Assembly (NCBI RefSeq): GCF_009914755.1
Contig: NC_060928.1
Origin: the human T2T-CHM13v2.0 reference genome, Homo sapiens
DNA length: 64,000 nt
Direction: 5' to 3' (one strand)
The position numbers and the translations under genes are program-made. Position 1 is the stretch's first letter. The number at the start of each line of letters is the position of its first letter. Below, piece after piece: positions 60,151 to 64,000 of this stretch. Below the pieces are notes generated by a model. The model was not told the origin of the DNA and did not search any database. It was given only the letters and a program-made list of their open reading frames with translations.

Positions 60151-61721
60151 CTGGGGGCAGTGCGGTCAAGGAAGGGGCAGTGAAGGGCGCCCTCAATGCT
60201 CCGCCTTCCCGGAGGTTTCTGACACCTCTCCCGAGGCAAAACCGTCCACCCTCGCGTCTGAGCTGCCTCTCTGTTCCTGAGACCCTCAAAATGCGTCCCC
60301 CTGAGCTGCAGACCTGCATGGTGAACTGCCTGCTGGCTACCCCTTCTAGGTGCCTGTCCCCTGTTCCCATGAAGCTGGACCCACCACTTCCCTCCTGACC
60401 TGCGGCCCCCCTCACCTGCACCCCACCCCAGTGAGGGTGCATCAGTTCCAGCCACACATAGCACTGACCTGTGGAGCCCCTCTCCTCTGCCTTCCTTCCC
60501 CTGTTGGTTGCCAAGCAGAAGAAAAAGAGCATTTATATTGTGCCGACTGCATGCTGGGCAGTGGATGCTATTGGTGAATGATTTCAAGTCTTCCCGGTCC
60601 CTTTTCAAATTGTGTCTGGAATTGAGTGTGTGGGCATCTGGGAGCTCCCCTTCCTGCCCCCGGCACCTGCTCCCCTTCTTCTGACCACAGTATGGAGATT
60701 CTCCTTTGGGCAAAGGTTCTTCTGGGTTTCTGGGTCGGCCCCACCTCGGCTCTGATCTGTGCTCTCCAGACCCCAGGACTTGGAATACTGAAAAGGCTGG
60801 GATGCAGCTTGGTCACCCCTGCTGTGCTGGGTGGTGTAGAAAGAAGGAGCTTCTATCTGCTGCCAGGACAAGGAGAAACCCTGGAGCTTGAGGGTGGGGC
60901 AGACAGTGGAAAGAGTGCAGAGAAAGATCTGGTGATGCCATTGGAATCCTGGATCAAGCTGCACCTGAAGCCATTCCCCCCAGACTGCTAAATGTGGGAG
61001 CCAATAAATGTCCATTTTTTGTTTAGAGTCAAGAACTTTGCTGCTTGCAAAGGCAGTATCCCTGACTGTTACACTAGAGCACAGAGAAGATGAGCAACTC
61101 GTCCGCGGTGGCCCAGGTGTGAGTGGTAAGGCTGGATTCAGCCTCACAACCTCCCCGGCCCCAGCACCTGCTCTTTTCCTATCCCTTCCCTGCTGCCCAG
61201 CAGCAGATCAGAATCTCTTGCAGCATGCAAGGACTGGCGCCCCCGAGCTTCTCTCCGGCTTTCCAGCTTCAGATCCCACCCATCACCCTGACAGAAAGGC
61301 CCTCTCCCCTCTCACAGCAATGACCTCAGGCTCCGGTCTCCCCGGCCCTGCATGGGGCTTTGCACGGTCTGTTCCCTCTGACTCTTCAGGTGCATGTGAG
61401 CCCTGGAGTTGGAAGGTCTGGGGTTTGAATCCCAGCTCTGTCACCTCCTGGCTGTGTGACCCTGAGTGAGTTCCCAGCTATCCATGCCTCAGCTTCCTCA
61501 TCTGTAAAATGAGTCAGCAGTATAGCCTTATCACTTCGCTGTGAAGATCATCAGAGGCAAAGCCCTTCACACACTGCCTGATGCGTTGCAGAGCTCAATG
61601 AATGTCAGTTTCCATTTTTATTATTTTCTATCTGGAAAATACTGACTGAAACTCTGAAATCCATCTGCCCTCCCTCTTCCTCCACCCAAGCTGCTGCCTC
61701 TCTCAGTAAGAAAGCAGTATT

Positions 61722-62078
<357 letters not shown>

Positions 62079-63162
62079 TTATAAAATGCCAGGGAAAAAA
62101 ATGGCTGATCTGTGCAGTCAGAAAGCACCTAAAAGGGTCTCTGTGCTCGTGCTCAAATCTTGCTTCCCGGAAGCACGTCATTAACCACAAACTGAGAATC
62201 ACATAAAAATAGAAAGAGAGGGAAAAATGAGTTAAGGCATCACTGCCTGGCTGGTTTCCCAGGAAACTACAGTTTTCCAGTATGAAAAGAAGCAGCGATT
62301 AAATAATGAAAAATGATACTGAAGGCCAAGCAAGAAAAGAGCCCTCCTCCTGCCATGCTGATTTCTCCAGCATCCACCTGGCAGCCCAGCCCTCCCAGGC
62401 CGAATGCCTCCCATGGCTTTCCAGGACACGCTGCCCGCTCGGAGCAGCTCTCAGGTCCTTACTGAACTTCACTGAAGTGGGATCCAGAGAAAAAGTGCGG
62501 CCACTGATGAAATGTCACGCACATTAGTGCGACGGCCCATGGATAATGTGCAGTAGAGAGGCAGGGCAGAGAGGGGCTACATTCTCTCTGCACACCCTGA
62601 GACACACAAAAGCCACAGGAGGCTTGGTGGCAACAGAAGCGCCCAGGAACGTGAGTCCCACAGGAGTTCTGTTTGCGTCATCAGGACGCTCATTCTCGTT
62701 GTATTTCCTGGGGTTATAACTCATGGGGCGCAGTGGGTGCAGGAGGACTCGGTGGGATGAAGTCAAATGCTGACACCCAGGGGGTTCTCTGAACATTCCA
62801 GGTTCTCTCCCAGGGGAGACCTCTCCTTCGGCCTTTCAGAACCCAGAGTGGCCAGAGGCTGGTTGCTTCTGCCAATGAATAGACAAGTGAGGCATGTCAC
62901 CTCCAGGCTGAAGTTTTGAGAGCCAGCACGTGGTCTGCTGTGACACTGTTCCCTCCGCAATGAGATCGCACCAAAGCCAGCCTGTGACGGCCACACTTGC
63001 AGCGTGAGTGGGAGGTGTGAAGTGGGTGTTTGAGGCCTTGGAGACCTTCAGGTTGTTTGCTACCACTGCAAAACGTGAGCCCCCTGACAGGTTCAGTGTC
63101 CACCCAAACGCTCTTTCCTTTCCCACCTGGGGATGTTTCAGAACTTTTCAAAGTATGTAGGA

Positions 63163-63490
63163 GGCCAGGCACCATAGCTCACACCTGTAATCCCAGCACT
63201 TTGGGAGGTCAAGGCGAGCAGGTCACCTGAGCTCAGGAGTTCGAGACCAGCCTGACCAACATACCAAAACCCCGTCTCTACTAAAAATAAAAAATAAAAA
63301 AAAATTAGCCAGGCGTGGTGGCACATGCCTGAAATCCCAGCTACTTGGGAGGCTGAGGCAGGAGAATCGCTTGACTGGGGAGGCAGAGGTTGCAGTGAGC
63401 TGAGATCGCGCCACTGCACTCCAGACTGGGTGACAGAGCAAGACTCCATCTCAAAAATAAATAAATAAATTAATTAATTAATTAATAAAA
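63163..63490 (+). mobile_element. Alu (AluS-like)
   Basis: Full dimer with (taaa)(ttaa)n tail and TSD aaagtatg(t/c)agg. Confidence 0.95.
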
Positions 63491-64000
63491 GTATGCAGGG
63501 CTCCATTAGGTCTGTAGCCCCGTGGCAAACACACCCGAGCCACGGCAACCCAGGGCCGGCTGAGGGGCACGGACACTCAATCGAGCACCCCATGTATAGG
63601 CTGGGGACACAGAGTCCCCAAAGGCAAAGGGATCGAGGGCCTGGCTTTGGGGAGATAAAGTCTCCCAAACCTGGGTCAGGACCCATGGGGGAGCCATCAC
63701 AGGGGAATCTCTCCTGCTCTTTCTCTCTGTCTTCGGATACGGTGGCTGCTGTGAAACAACCATGTGAGACACAGAGGCCCTGCATCCACATCACCCTGCA
63801 GAAGGAGAAAAATCACTGTCACGGCCAATGCGGCAGGCCCTCCACAACAGGGTCCCCACGGTAAGATCTCCGTGGGGAGGCAAGCAGTCCCGAGCCTCTG
63901 AATCCCAGGGCCCAGAGCCGTGCCCAGAACCTCTGGGCAGCACAGCACCCTTCACGGTGTGGGCACCGGGCTGGGTCCATGGTCACCTGGTCCGTGCGAC

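Overview
GC-rich mammalian genomic DNA that I recognise as the human 4p16.1 WFS1/PPP2R2C locus, from exact protein matches and primate Alu/LTR content. On the + strand are WFS1 (wolframin) coding exons 4-8, the stop at 14500 and a poly(A) signal at about 15272. On the - strand are the last four coding exons of PPP2R2C (PP2A B55-gamma) and a 3'UTR of about 2.7 kb ending near 32.7 kb. The two genes are tail-to-tail, separated by about 17 kb rich in solo LTRs (LTR12C, two MER41, LTR8A, MLT1/MLT2) and Alus. All exon boundaries are canonical GT-AG and the reading phases join correctly. The WFS1 copy carries common polymorphic alleles (Ile333, His611, c.461-9G). I found no credible new gene or undescribed biological system; nearly all listed ORFs are GC-, repeat- or antisense-shadow artefacts. 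The most interesting unexplained structures are: a TSD-bounded LTR12C with a perfect 4x31-bp expansion pointing antisense at WFS1; three same-orientation perfect CTCF cores; direct and inverted repeats bracketing WFS1 exons; non-B-DNA arrays; and a local duplication that preserves an Alu empty site. Repeat subfamily names, exon numbers and variant identifiers come from my recall of consensus and reference sequences, not from a database search.
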